A stretch of 64,000 nt of DNA, taken from the NCBI GenBank assembly GCA_964480955.1, contig CAYZRW010000011.1, positions 1,653 through 65,652 of the forward strand, written 5' to 3'. Positions 1 through 9,630 of the stretch are shown piece after piece; within the stretch, counting starts at the first letter, position 1, and every line of letters begins with the position of its first letter. Made by a program: the position numbers and the translations under genes. The notes under the pieces are model-generated. The model had not been told where the DNA came from. It made no database searches and saw nothing but the letters and a program-made list of their open reading frames with translations. The DNA is from an uncultured Candidatus Bathyarchaeia archaeon (GTDB lineage Archaea; Thermoproteota; Bathyarchaeia; 40CM-2-53-6; RBG-13-38-9).

Positions 1-402
1 AAGGAGTTTGACCTTCAGTACGTGCTCTAGTGTACGGGTCAACCTCATGTTTGGTGTCATCTTGCCCAACTCAATCTTCTGAATTATGGTGAGCCGCTCC
101 TTGACCGCTCTGGCCAGGTCCAGCTGAGTCATCTTATTCTTCTCTCTGGCCTCCCTGATTCTTCTTGAGAAATCATCCGCAACCTCAAGTTCCTCAACCT
201 CTCTAGGTAGGTGTCCGTCACCCAGCTTGAAGGGTTTCGGGGATCCTAGAGGTCTCTGCGTTGTGAGCAGTGTCCTCTCCTCACGTCTCAGGTCGGGCTC
301 ACCCAGACCGGAGCACTTCACACAGACAAGTAGCCTTGAGCCTTCGAGAACGATTCTTTTGGGTGGTCCATAGATGGTGGAGCCGCATACTTCACAATTC
401 AA
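1..402 (-). CDS. mbf1: Archaeal multiprotein bridging factor aMBF1 (Zn-ribbon + HTH), 3' end outside window
   Basis: Not in ORF track. Manual translation from TTG 402 (or GTG 411): MNCEVCGSTIYGPPKRIVLEGSRLLVCVKC...RIREAREKRKMTQLDLARAVKERLTIIQKIELGKMTPN...VKLL; CxxC...CxxC ribbon plus Cro/C1-type HTH, open to position 1. Confidence 0.85.
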   Translation of the reverse strand, partial: MNCEVCGSTIYGPPKRIVLEGSRLLVCVKCSGLGEPDLRREERTLLTTQRPLGSPKPFKLGDGHLPREVEELEVADDFSRRIREAREKNKMTQLDLARAVKERLTIIQKIELGKMTPNMRLTRTLEHVLKVKLL

Positions 403-462
403 ATCCCACACCCTCGGGGACGATGTAGCTTAAATCAGAAGCGAGGCTATTAGCTTTGCGAG

Positions 463-963
463 TTGGACATGGATCAGCCCAGCTTCTGGGAGCTGAGAAG
501 ACTCAGAGGTGTCGCCAACTACCAATTTGGGGGGTCAGTTGGCAAAGTACTGTTTCCTGAGGGCATCAGGGTCACCAGATCCTCAAGGACTGGAAAGGTT
601 AAGCTGGTATATTTTCGAGGACAACTTCTTGCAACTTTGAGGAGTAGTGACGGCCTCCTCAGCCTCAACGTTCATGGTGCCAGAAGGCTCCTGAGGCAGC
701 TGGGTGACGGGACCCCCCTCAGAGTAACTGTGAAGGACGGTTTTGAGGACTTTGTTAGGGCAGGCAGGAACCTGTTCGCAAAACACGTCTTGGCCGCCGA
801 TCCCGCCGTCAGGCCTGAGAGTGAAGTCATCATAGTGGATGAGAAGGGTAGATTGGTGGCTGTCGGGAGAGCCGTGCTGAGTGGTGAGGAGATGTCCTCG
901 TTCAGGTTGGGTTTGGCTGTTAGGGTCAGGAGAGGCGTCGATGAAGTTGAAGACAAGAATTGA
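463..963 (+). CDS. PUA-domain protein (resembles the stand-alone C-terminal part of archaeosine tRNA-guanine transglycosylase)
   Basis: ANYQFG N-terminus, GRNLFAKHV...VRPESEVIIVDEKGRLVAVGRA...AVRVRRG PUA motif. Confidence 0.8.
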   Translation: MDMDQPSFWELRRLRGVANYQFGGSVGKVLFPEGIRVTRSSRTGKVKLVYFRGQLLATLRSSDGLLSLNVHGARRLLRQLGDGTPLRVTVKDGFEDFVRAGRNLFAKHVLAADPAVRPESEVIIVDEKGRLVAVGRAVLSGEEMSSFRLGLAVRVRRGVDEVEDKN

Positions 964-997
964 TGGCTTGTGGTGATAGATAACCAAACTCTTTTAG

Positions 998-1023
998 GGT
1001 TCTGTCCAATCTGGGGTCGGTAA
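998..1023 (+). repeat. Terminal inverted repeat at tnpB 3' end
   Basis: GGTTCTGTCCAATCTGGGGTCGGTAA; inverse match at 2222-2247, direct 25/26 match at 48051-48076. Confidence 0.9.
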
Positions 1024-1040
1024 CCCTGCGACTGGGCTTT

Positions 1041-2181
1041 CTAGCATCTGGTGACAGCAGCAAACCGCACCTTTCCTTCATTTGCCAGACCTTCATTTGA
1101 CGGACGAACCATGAGATCCGCCTCTTTGAACCGAGACCTAAGCAAAATGTTTCTTGCCCCATTATAGTCTCGGTCGAGAATGGCGCCACAGATTGGGCAC
1201 AACCATCCCCTTTCATACTTGAGGGCCTTGTTGATGAATCCGCATTGCGAGCAGGTTTGAGAGGTTCTTGAGGCCCACACATACTCGAGTGGAACTCCTT
1301 CCCACTTGGCTTTGTACTCGATTTGTCTTTGAAGCTCATGGAAGCTCCAGCGGTTGAGTCTACCTCTCAACTTTCTTCCTTGACCGTTACCTCTTCTGGA
1401 AGAGTTTCTGATGTGGGTAAGCTTCTCAAGCACGATAGGCGATTTTGTCTCTGCAGCTTTCTCCACAATCCTTTTGGAGATTCTGTGTAAGGCTTGAACT
1501 GCTCTTGCCTTTTCTCTTCGACCATATTTCGATAGAAGCTTTTGCTTGATTCTCCTGTCTTCATGACTGTTCCTGGCCACGGAAGCTCGTATTCTGGAGT
1601 ATTGATGCTTAATCTTGGCGACTTCGGATAGGTCAAACCTTTCTTCACTAGAGGAGGTTATGTTCTTCTCATTGATGTCGAAAGCAATGGGCTCATCTAG
1701 AGGCTCAACAAGCGTGGTGGATTTGGAGACGGCCAAAACCACGGATGACTCTGTAATTGTGATTAAACCTCGCTTGAGGGTGAAGTCACGTAGAAAGGAA
1801 AGTTGATATTTCCCACCCCTGAGTGGAATATGGATGAATTCTCTTGGTGCTGTGGGTATTCTGAGCAACATGTAATCAAGACAATAAGTCTGGTTGTCAA
1901 GCTTCAAGAAGAGACTTTTAGCACACGGTCGTTTCTTCCATTTCCTATTCCTGAGCATGGAAAAAGCGCATTCACATGCATTAAGGATGTAATAGGTGTG
2001 CAGTCCATACCGTTCCTTAAAGTCATGGTACACTATCACGATTAGTTGGAATCTGGTTTTAGGTTTCTTCTCGAACCCTATCCATAAAGCCTCATTAACC
2101 ATGCATCTGAAGGTGTTGAGTAGACTCAGCAACTCATCTGTAGGGAGTATATTGAAATCTGAGTGCTTTAACCGGCATCAA
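1041..2181 (-). pseudogene. tnpB: TnpB RNA-guided endonuclease with a +1 frameshift near the N-terminus (uninterrupted ORF 1041-2132)
   Basis: RuvC-I AFDINE, RuvC-II VLEKL, Zn finger CSQCG...CPICG, RuvC-III DRDYNGARNI all present. Upstream frame TTG2181/ATG2178 MPVKALRFQYTP joins TDELLSLLNTFRCMVN only if one C of CCC (2143-2145) is removed; the 48119 paralog reads RFQHTPTEKLL in frame. Confidence 0.85.
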
Positions 2182-2221
2182 ATGATTTCACGCATGAAAT
2201 ACTCATCATTGAGATTTGAAA

Positions 2222-2247
2222 TTACCGACCCGAGATTGAACAGAACC
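2222..2247 (-). repeat. Terminal inverted repeat at tnpB 5' end
   Basis: Reverse complement GGTTCTGTTCAATCTCGGGTCGGTAA, followed on + strand by the duplicated 8-mer TCTTTTAG (2248-2255). Confidence 0.9.
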
Positions 2248-2254
2248 TCTTTTA

Positions 2255-2268
2255 GAAAGGTTATTCAA
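2255..2268 (+). promoter_or_regulatory. Putative BRE-TATA promoter of nac
   Basis: GAAAGG-TTATTCAA about 70 bp upstream of the probable nac start; matches archaeal BRE + TATA arrangement by eye. Confidence 0.4.
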
Positions 2269-2336
2269 TTCCCTAGAGAATGATCGGTATTGTTCTGACT
2301 GGGGTTGAAGGTTTGGCGCATAAGGCTCTTCGCTCG

Positions 2337-2696
2337 TTGAGGGGGGTGCCTTCAGGGAGGGAGGCTCTCCGAATAATGCAACGGATGGGTATGGAGACCA
2401 AGCCCATAGGCGATGTCAGGGATGTTACGATAAGGACCGCTGACAGAAAGATTGTGATTGACGAGCCTACTGTAATGTCTATCGTGGTGCAGGGGCAGTC
2501 TCTCTTTCAGGTCGCGGGGGGAACCTTGAGGGAGGAGCCTTTGACGTCTGAGGCCAAACCTAAGATACCTGAGGGTGACGTCGCGCTGGTGGCTGAACAG
2601 GCAAACGTGTCTTTGGAGGAGGCTAGAAGGGCTCTTGAATCGTCTGGAGGAGACCTGGCCCAGGCCATAATCTCCCTCAAGAAGGATAATGTTTAA
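2337..2696 (+). CDS. nac: Archaeal nascent polypeptide-associated complex protein (aNAC)
   Basis: REALRIMQRMGM, NAC domain (VTIRTADRKIVIDEPTV...FQVAG), C-terminal UBA-like (DVALVAEQANVSLEEARRALESSGGDLAQAI). TTG 2337 preferred over ORF-track start 2280. Confidence 0.9.
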   Translation: MRGVPSGREALRIMQRMGMETKPIGDVRDVTIRTADRKIVIDEPTVMSIVVQGQSLFQVAGGTLREEPLTSEAKPKIPEGDVALVAEQANVSLEEARRALESSGGDLAQAIISLKKDNV

Positions 2697-3328
2697 GCTT
2701 CCTCTCTAAGCCTTCCCTTTATCCTCTTCAGACGGAAGAAGTCTTCTCTTTCTCTCTCTTCAAGATACATTCTTATGTATCGTATAGTGTTCAGCATCCT
2801 TGGGATTATGACGTATTCGAGGCTGTTAACCCTTCTCTTGACTGACGCTATAGCCTCGGCGAGTTTCGTCAAGGTGGTCTCGATTCCGGAGAGTTCGACC
2901 AGGGTCTTGACAGCCTCAACCATGGCTAGTGTGGCCTCGTCGAGCCTAGCAGATGTGTCGAGCACATTGTATGGGTAGTGGCTCAGAGGTTTCACTTCAA
3001 CCTCTACGCTCGGTATGGCTACGCCTATGACGCTTCTTGTCTTGGCTATGATGTTGAATCTGTCCTCGACACTATATGTCAACTCTTCAAGTTTGGAGTA
3101 TCCCATTATCATCTGGGCCTCAGAGAAGGCTCTGTAGGCCCCCAAGAGGGACTCTTGGGCCTTGGCCCTGAGGTTTGACACCTCTCTAACGAACTCGAAG
3201 AACTCCATCATCAAGGCGTCGAGTTTCTCTCTTAGAAGCTCTCTTCCCCTCTCAGCGATCTCCATCCTCTTTCTTAGGGCGAGCAGCTCCATCCTTGTTG
3301 GATGGACGTCCATCAGATGCTCTGACAT
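2693..3328 (-). CDS. atpD: A/V-type ATP synthase subunit D
   Basis: VHPTRMELL...RGRELLREKLDAL; KRRVNSLEYVIIP; EEREREDFFRLK. Confidence 0.95.
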   Translation of the reverse strand: MSEHLMDVHPTRMELLALRKRMEIAERGRELLREKLDALMMEFFEFVREVSNLRAKAQESLLGAYRAFSEAQMIMGYSKLEELTYSVEDRFNIIAKTRSVIGVAIPSVEVEVKPLSHYPYNVLDTSARLDEATLAMVEAVKTLVELSGIETTLTKLAEAIASVKRRVNSLEYVIIPRMLNTIRYIRMYLEEREREDFFRLKRIKGRLREEA

Positions 3329-3337
3329 CTGCGGCCC

Positions 3338-4735
3338 TCAGGTCTTGACTCTATATCTTGGATGGTAAGTCTTGATGGTCTCAGGGTCTATCCTCTTCAA
3401 CTCACTCTCTGGGATCTCTGCAAGCAACTCCCAGCCGAGGTCGAGGGTCTGCTCAATATTTCTGTTCTCGTACACTCCCTGTGTTACGAATCTCCTCTCG
3501 AAGGTGTCTGCAAACTTGAGGTAGATCTTGTCTCTTGTGGAGAGTGCTTCTTCACCCACAACGGCGACGAGGTCTCTGAAGCCCCTGCCTTCAGCGTAGG
3601 CATAGTAGAGTTGGTCTGAGACTTCCCTGTGGTCCTCACGTGTTCTACCCTTACCTATGCCCTCCCTCATGAGTCTTGACAGTGATGGGGAGACGTCTAT
3701 TGGTGGGTATACACCTTTGCGGTATAGGCCCCTATCTACTATTATCTGTCCCTCTGTGATGTAGCCTGTTAGGTCAGGTATGGGGTGTGTCATGTCGTCG
3801 TGCGGCATCGTTAAGATAGGCATCTGGGTGACCGAGCCTTTGCTTCCGTGCGTTCTGCCGGCGCGCTCATAGACCGTTGCGAGGTCTGTGTACATGTAGC
3901 CTGGGTATCCTCTTCGGCCCGGAACCTCTTCCCTTGCTGCCGAGATCTCTCTTAGGGCCTCGCAGTAGTTTGTCATGTCTGACAGTATTACTAGAACATG
4001 CATCCCTAATCTGTAGGCGAAGAACTCTGCGGTTGTCAAGGCTATTCTCGGTGTCAGGATCCTCTCTATCGCAGGGTCGTCCGCCAGGTTTACGAATAAT
4101 GTGACGTGTTCAAAAGCGCCTTCCCTCTCAAAGTCTTCCCTGAAGAACCGGGCCTCATCTGCTGTTATCCCCATGGCTGCAAAGACTGTTGTGAAAGGCT
4201 CCTCGGTTCCCCGAACCTTTGCTTGACGTGCAATCTGCGCAACTATGGTGTTGTGGGGTAGGCCTGACCCTGAGAAGAGTGGGAGCTTCTGTCCTCTGAC
4301 GAGAGTGTTCATTCCGTCGATTGTTGAGATTCCCGTCTGGATGAAGTCTCTTGGGTAGTCTCTAGCGTAGGGGTTGATTGGTGCTCCATGAACGTCCAAG
4401 TAGTCTTCAGGAATTATTCTTGGGCCACCGTCTATCGGTTCTCCGCTTCCGTCGAAGACGCGGCCGAGCATGTCTGAGGAGACTGGGAGCCTGATTGTCT
4501 CGCCGCTGAAGGAGACTTTTGTTGTTGGGACGTCTAGGCCTGAGGTTCCCTCAAAGACCTGGACGACAGCGATGTCCTCGCCAACCTCAAGGACTTGGCC
4601 ACGTCTCTCCTCACCGCTGGGTGTAGTTATTCTGGCAACTTCGCCGAAGCCGACTCCTCTGACAGCCTCTACAAAGAGTAGTGGGCCAGCTATCTGGCTT
4701 ACTGTGCTGTATTCTCTTCCAATAGTTGTTGACAT
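3338..4735 (-). CDS. atpB: A/V-type ATP synthase subunit B
   Basis: [48 protein letters not shown]. Confidence 0.97.
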   Translation of the reverse strand: MSTTIGREYSTVSQIAGPLLFVEAVRGVGFGEVARITTPSGEERRGQVLEVGEDIAVVQVFEGTSGLDVPTTKVSFSGETIRLPVSSDMLGRVFDGSGEPIDGGPRIIPEDYLDVHGAPINPYARDYPRDFIQTGISTIDGMNTLVRGQKLPLFSGSGLPHNTIVAQIARQAKVRGTEEPFTTVFAAMGITADEARFFREDFEREGAFEHVTLFVNLADDPAIERILTPRIALTTAEFFAYRLGMHVLVILSDMTNYCEALREISAAREEVPGRRGYPGYMYTDLATVYERAGRTHGSKGSVTQMPILTMPHDDMTHPIPDLTGYITEGQIIVDRGLYRKGVYPPIDVSPSLSRLMREGIGKGRTREDHREVSDQLYYAYAEGRGFRDLVAVVGEEALSTRDKIYLKFADTFERRFVTQGVYENRNIEQTLDLGWELLAEIPESELKRIDPETIKTYHPRYRVKT

Positions 4736-6523
4736 CTATCGTATCCCCGCTGTGGCAAGAACCTGTGAGGTCAACTGTCTAAATTGGAGGTCAACCTTCT
4801 TGAGAAGATCTTCTGCAAAAACTTCGAAGCCTTCAGAAGGCTGTATCTTCATCCTTGAAATCTCGTCCTTTACAGGAAGTTCAAGCACTCTCTGGAGAGG
4901 TATGCTGCTCTCCGTGGTCTTCGACATCTCCTGATAGAATCTCATTATGGCCTTGATCATGTAGAAGCTCTTCTGGACGGAACAGTAGCTGTCTACGGGG
5001 TGGCCTGCACTCTGCATCAGGAAGTCTTCCTTCAACATCCTGGCGGCTTCAAGGATTACTCTCTGGCTTTCAGAGAGGGCGTCTGGACCGACCAGCATCA
5101 CTATCTCTCTAAGCTCCTCGTCTCTCTGGAGTATCTGCATTGCTTCACGGCGGAGTTCAACCCACTCCTTCCTGACCTCTCTCTTATACCATCCATCTAG
5201 CGAATCCAAGTATAGGGAGTAGCTCGTCAGCCAGCTTATCGCTGGGAAATGTCTCCTCTCAGCCAAGGCCTTGTCGAGGGCCCAGAAGACCTTGACTATG
5301 CGCAGGGTGTTCTGTGTGACGGGTTCAGAGAAGTCTGATCCCGGGGGTGAGACCGCGCCAACCACAGATATAGATCCCAAGTCAGACCCGCTGCCCAGAA
5401 TCTCCACCCTTCCAGCCCTCTCATAGAACTCTGCGAGTCTGGAGGCTAAATATGCTGGGTATCCCTCTTCTCCAGGCATCTCCTCAAGCCTTCCCGATAT
5501 CTCCCTTAGGGCTTCAGCCCATCTTGATGTCGAGTCAGCCATCAACGCGACGTCGTAGCCCATATCCCTGAAGTATTCGCTCACGGTTATTCCGGTGTAG
5601 ACGCTAGCTTCTCTCGCCGCAATAGGCATATTCGAGGTGTTGGCGAAGAGGATTGTCCTAGACATTAGGGGTTGTCCTGAACGTGGGTCTTTGAGCTGAG
5701 GGAAGCGTTCAAGAACCTCAGCCATCTCGTTTCCTCTTTCTCCACAACCCACATAGACTATTATGTCCGCGTCGGCCCACTGGGCCAGTTGATGTTGCAT
5801 AACGGTCTTGCCTGTTCCGAAGCCTCCAGGTATGGCTGCGGTTCCGCCTTTTGCCACTGGGAAGAAGAAGTCTATGATCCTCTGGCCTGTGATAAGAGGT
5901 GTGTCTGCCGGCACCTTAGCCTTGAACGGTCTCGATGTTCTGACGGGCCATGTATGCATGAGAGTGGCTGTTGCTTCTCCAGAGGAACCTTCAATCGTAC
6001 ATATTTCGTCTTCAATGGTGTAGTCCCCTTCAGCTACTATGTTCTTGATGGTGCCGGATACTTCGGGTGGAACCAAGATCTTGTGATTGACGAGGACGGT
6101 CTCCTGAACCGTGCCGAGAACGTCTCCAGCTTGGACACGCACGCCCTTCTTTTGGGTTGGGGTGAACCGCCACTTCTTCTTGCGGTCCAAGGCTGTTACC
6201 GTGATTCCTCTCTCGATAAAGTCTCCTGAGAGTTCTTTGATGACTGGTAGCGGCCTCTGTATTCCGTCATATGTCTGGCCGACTATTCCAGGTCCCAACT
6301 CAACAGAGAGGGGTTTACCCGTTCTCTCTATCTTCTCTCCGGGCTTGATCCCGGTAGTCTCTTCATAAACCTGTATAGTGACCTTGTCACCTTCAAGCCT
6401 TATGATCTCGCCTATCAGTCCCACGTCACCAATCTTTACAAGCTCATACATTAGCGACCCTAACATGTTCTTGCCGACTACCACTGGTCCAGCAATCCTT
6501 TCGATCTTTCCTGGCTTGAACAA
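4736..6523 (-). CDS. atpA: A/V-type ATP synthase subunit A
   Basis: Walker [31 protein letters not shown]; 595 aa, no intein. Confidence 0.97.
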   Translation of the reverse strand: MFKPGKIERIAGPVVVGKNMLGSLMYELVKIGDVGLIGEIIRLEGDKVTIQVYEETTGIKPGEKIERTGKPLSVELGPGIVGQTYDGIQRPLPVIKELSGDFIERGITVTALDRKKKWRFTPTQKKGVRVQAGDVLGTVQETVLVNHKILVPPEVSGTIKNIVAEGDYTIEDEICTIEGSSGEATATLMHTWPVRTSRPFKAKVPADTPLITGQRIIDFFFPVAKGGTAAIPGGFGTGKTVMQHQLAQWADADIIVYVGCGERGNEMAEVLERFPQLKDPRSGQPLMSRTILFANTSNMPIAAREASVYTGITVSEYFRDMGYDVALMADSTSRWAEALREISGRLEEMPGEEGYPAYLASRLAEFYERAGRVEILGSGSDLGSISVVGAVSPPGSDFSEPVTQNTLRIVKVFWALDKALAERRHFPAISWLTSYSLYLDSLDGWYKREVRKEWVELRREAMQILQRDEELREIVMLVGPDALSESQRVILEAARMLKEDFLMQSAGHPVDSYCSVQKSFYMIKAIMRFYQEMSKTTESSIPLQRVLELPVKDEISRMKIQPSEGFEVFAEDLLKKVDLQFRQLTSQVLATAGIR

Positions 6524-6881
6524 TCTATGTCACCGAAAGTTCTTCACTTGAGACTCGTGAAAGGTGGCTCTTGATTCTAATAAACCTGAATTAAAGTTTT
6601 CTAACCATCGCCGGATTGGCCTCTTAGATAAAGATCAGAAATATATGGGTCTCAACATCTCCTTACAGTCATATCTAAGCGTCTGAACTAATCTCTGTGA
6701 AGACCGGAGCAGTCTTGAAGATAATAAAAGGAGACAGAACACCTATTCTTGTGAACCACGAACTGATGAATGGAATCGTGGCTTTTCAGACCAAGGTCGT
6801 AAAAGTACATGATGGCTGTGAAGGTTTACCCGGTATTCGGTCACTAGAGTAATCTTTCAATGGTGTGGTTCCAGATCTATC

Positions 6882-8414
6882 ATGTCTCGGAGGGATAGTG
6901 GCGTGAAACTTAGGGTTGCCTCAGCCGCGATAGTGCTAGTCTTTACGGTGTTGCTCTGTGGTTCAGTAAACCTGAAGGATGCCTCAGCGGAGACCACGTT
7001 ACATCACGTTGAGATATCCGTTCAGGGTTTGCCTTCACCATTCTCAACAAAAGTCTATGTTAACGGCTCATTCGTGACCTCTGTTACTACTGGTCGAAGC
7101 ATCTCAGTGGACTTCAACACCTCTGCAACAGTATCGGTCCAACAACACATACCAGAGGACTACTACAGTTACGTCTGGACTGTGGGAAGGGCTCTGCCTT
7201 ACGGTGGTGTGGCATACTACACCCCATCGAACAGTAGAACCTTCACCTCAAGCGGCTCATACACATTCACCTACTACCCCCTGTATTTTCTTCAGGTCAT
7301 CTCGGAGTTTGGGTTGTCCAGAGGTACAGGTTGGCATATTGCCGGTTCATGGGCTCCAATAATGGTTGATACAGCTCAGGAAGTCAGTTCATCAGTCAGA
7401 TACAAGTTCAATATGTGGAAAGGCGGCCCCCTCAGAGATAGTCCAAGCGACCCAATCAACGCCGTATTCATGGATATGCCGAAACTCGTCCAGGCTGAGT
7501 GGGTGACCCAGTACTACGTTGAGGTCCAATCGCCTTTCAGCAACACGACGGGTGAGGGATGGTACGACTCAGGCTCAGAGGCAACATTCTCTGTCTCAAC
7601 CCCCTTTGAGGCCGGAGAAGGGATCCGATACGTGTTCTCCGGTTGGAGTGGAGACTATTCGGGAACGAAATCCACAGCAACCGTGACCGTTGGCGGGCCG
7701 ACCAGAATTGTTGCTGAATGGAGAAAGCAGTACCTTCTTTCAATAAACCCCGAGGAGGGAAAGGTGGATGTGAACAGCGGTTGGTTTGATGAGGGCCAAT
7801 ATGTCACGGTCACAGCTACAACACCGATTGAGGAGGTTGCCAACAGTTCAAGGCTGGTCTTTAGCCGTTGGGGAGGCGCGGTCTCAACTACAAACCCAAC
7901 AGCGTCACTGGTGATGGATTCGCCAAAGGAGCTTCATGCAGAGTGGTTCCGACAATACTTCCTCAGTGTTCAAACTGAGTTTGGAACTGCTGTTGGAGCA
8001 GGATGGTACGACGCCGACTCCACAGCAGAATTCTCAGTACAGTCTCCAACAGCTCCAGCTGGCATATGGGGATGGTTTGGAGTCGAGTACGTCTTCTCAC
8101 ACTGGGCTGGAGACTTAAGTTCACCCGCAACTGAAGCCAGTGTTGTGATGCATGGGTCGCGGGTGGTTCACGCTGTTTGGAGCTTGAGCCTCACCAAGTT
8201 CTATATCTTTCTTGGTGCGGTAACCGCGGTCTCGATTACTCTGTGGAAGAAGAGAAACTTGAGACATCTGATATCGAGTCGACTAGTTAACTTGAGACAG
8301 GTGGTGGAGAGGTCTTTCGTGAGGGTCTCTCAATCAGCCCGCTCACCAAAGGCAGATTGTTCTACGACTGGTGGGGATGTTGACGAGATTAGAGTTCCTC
8401 CTGAAAATCTATGA
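6882..8414 (+). CDS. Membrane-anchored cell-surface protein with repeated beta-sandwich (divergent InlB B-repeat-like) domains
   Basis: Signal peptide; repeats with G.GWY..GS.A, F..WxGD/G and A.W..QY; C-terminal TM helix followed by KKR. Confidence 0.7.
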   Translation: MSRRDSGVKLRVASAAIVLVFTVLLCGSVNLKDASAETTLHHVEISVQGLPSPFSTKVYVNGSFVTSVTTGRSISVDFNTSATVSVQQHIPEDYYSYVWTVGRALPYGGVAYYTPSNSRTFTSSGSYTFTYYPLYFLQVISEFGLSRGTGWHIAGSWAPIMVDTAQEVSSSVRYKFNMWKGGPLRDSPSDPINAVFMDMPKLVQAEWVTQYYVEVQSPFSNTTGEGWYDSGSEATFSVSTPFEAGEGIRYVFSGWSGDYSGTKSTATVTVGGPTRIVAEWRKQYLLSINPEEGKVDVNSGWFDEGQYVTVTATTPIEEVANSSRLVFSRWGGAVSTTNPTASLVMDSPKELHAEWFRQYFLSVQTEFGTAVGAGWYDADSTAEFSVQSPTAPAGIWGWFGVEYVFSHWAGDLSSPATEASVVMHGSRVVHAVWSLSLTKFYIFLGAVTAVSITLWKKRNLRHLISSRLVNLRQVVERSFVRVSQSARSPKADCSTTGGDVDEIRVPPENL

Positions 8415-8501
8415 AGGTTAGGGAAAGCAGAGAATCATCAGAATGATTTTTGTGCCTGAGAAGCTTTAAGCCCAACTTCTTCCGAGAATCTAACGGTAGC
8501 T

Positions 8502-9569
8502 ATGGACTGGGCCTCAAAGATCGAGGTTGGAGTGAAAAGAGTACTAAGGCATAATATGGGGCTCCGGAAAGGTGAGGCCCTACTAGTCATCACCGACAGA
8601 CCGACAGATCAAGAGTGGAGAAGCCAAAGCCTCGAGAGACTTGAGGACGTGGCTACAAGAAACCTGCTTGCGAGGACCATAACGGACATTGCCAGAAGAA
8701 ATTTTCCCGAACTCAAAGTTACACTGCAAACCTATCCTTCAGTCGGAAGAGACTCGGCAGAACCTGGGAGAGATGTTGCTGAAAGCATGAGACTATTCAG
8801 TGTCGTCATTGCCATAACAACATACTCCATCAGTCACACAGACGCTAGAGAGTCCGCCACAAGATCCGGGGTCAGAATAGCGAGCATGCCAATGGTCCAG
8901 CCGGAGATGTTCTATCCCAGCGGATCTCTGACCGCTGACTATGAGGAGATAGCCTCTGAGAGCGTGATGCTGGCAGAGCTCCTAACGGCTACGTCAACGA
9001 TAAGGGTCCGGCCTAGAGAGGGAACAGACTTGAAGTTGAGCCTCGAAGGCAGGGAAGGCATAGCTGACACAGGCATATACGATACTCCCGGAAGTTGGGG
9101 TAACCTTCCCGCTGGAGAGGCTTATGCTGCGCCGCTTGAGGGAACGGCTGAGGGCGCCGTGGTAGTCGAGAAAGGTTGGTTTCCCAACCTGAAGCATAAT
9201 ATGAAGTTACTCTTCGAAAGGGGGCAACTGGTGAGGATCGTTGGGGGCGGAGAGGTTGGAGAAAATCTCAGGGCACTCCTCAGACCAGGCGACAACACCA
9301 ACCCATACCTCTCAAGGAGAAATCTGGCTGAATTCGGCATAGGAACCAACCCTAAGGCTAGGAGACGCGACATTATTCTAGAGGCGGAGAAGATTAGGGG
9401 AACAGTACACATCGCTTTGGGAGACAACTCACACATGGGTGGGGCGATCAAGGCAGACTATCATCAAGACTTCATAATACCGTCTCCAACAGTGGAGGCT
9501 GACGGAGAACTGATAGCAGCGAGAGGAAAGTTGAAGGCTGTTGGGAGGGCAGTCAGAATCAACAGTTAA
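8502..9569 (+). CDS. Aminopeptidase, M29/thermophilic metalloprotease family
   Basis: WGNLPAGEAY, NLAEFGIGTNP, EAEKIRGTVHIALGDN, HQDFI. Confidence 0.85.
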   Translation: MDWASKIEVGVKRVLRHNMGLRKGEALLVITDRPTDQEWRSQSLERLEDVATRNLLARTITDIARRNFPELKVTLQTYPSVGRDSAEPGRDVAESMRLFSVVIAITTYSISHTDARESATRSGVRIASMPMVQPEMFYPSGSLTADYEEIASESVMLAELLTATSTIRVRPREGTDLKLSLEGREGIADTGIYDTPGSWGNLPAGEAYAAPLEGTAEGAVVVEKGWFPNLKHNMKLLFERGQLVRIVGGGEVGENLRALLRPGDNTNPYLSRRNLAEFGIGTNPKARRRDIILEAEKIRGTVHIALGDNSHMGGAIKADYHQDFIIPSPTVEADGELIAARGKLKAVGRAVRINS

Positions 9570-9630
9570 GAGGCGCTGCAATGGAGCTTACGGGATCAGA
9601 GATACTTCTGGAAGGATCTTTTTCTGAAAC

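Larger units (their letters stand above)
998..2247 (-). mobile_element. Non-autonomous TIR transposon carrying tnpB only (IS6-like ends)
   Basis: TIRs GGTTCTGTCCAATCTGGGGTCGGTAA (998-1023, +) and GGTTCTGTTCAATCTCGGGTCGGTAA (2247-2222, -), 24/26 identical; direct repeat TCTTTTAG at 990-997 and 2248-2255; single tnpB gene inside. Confidence 0.85.

Noticed and set aside
4736-6523. Intein in atpA
   Set aside because: Normal length and continuous motifs.
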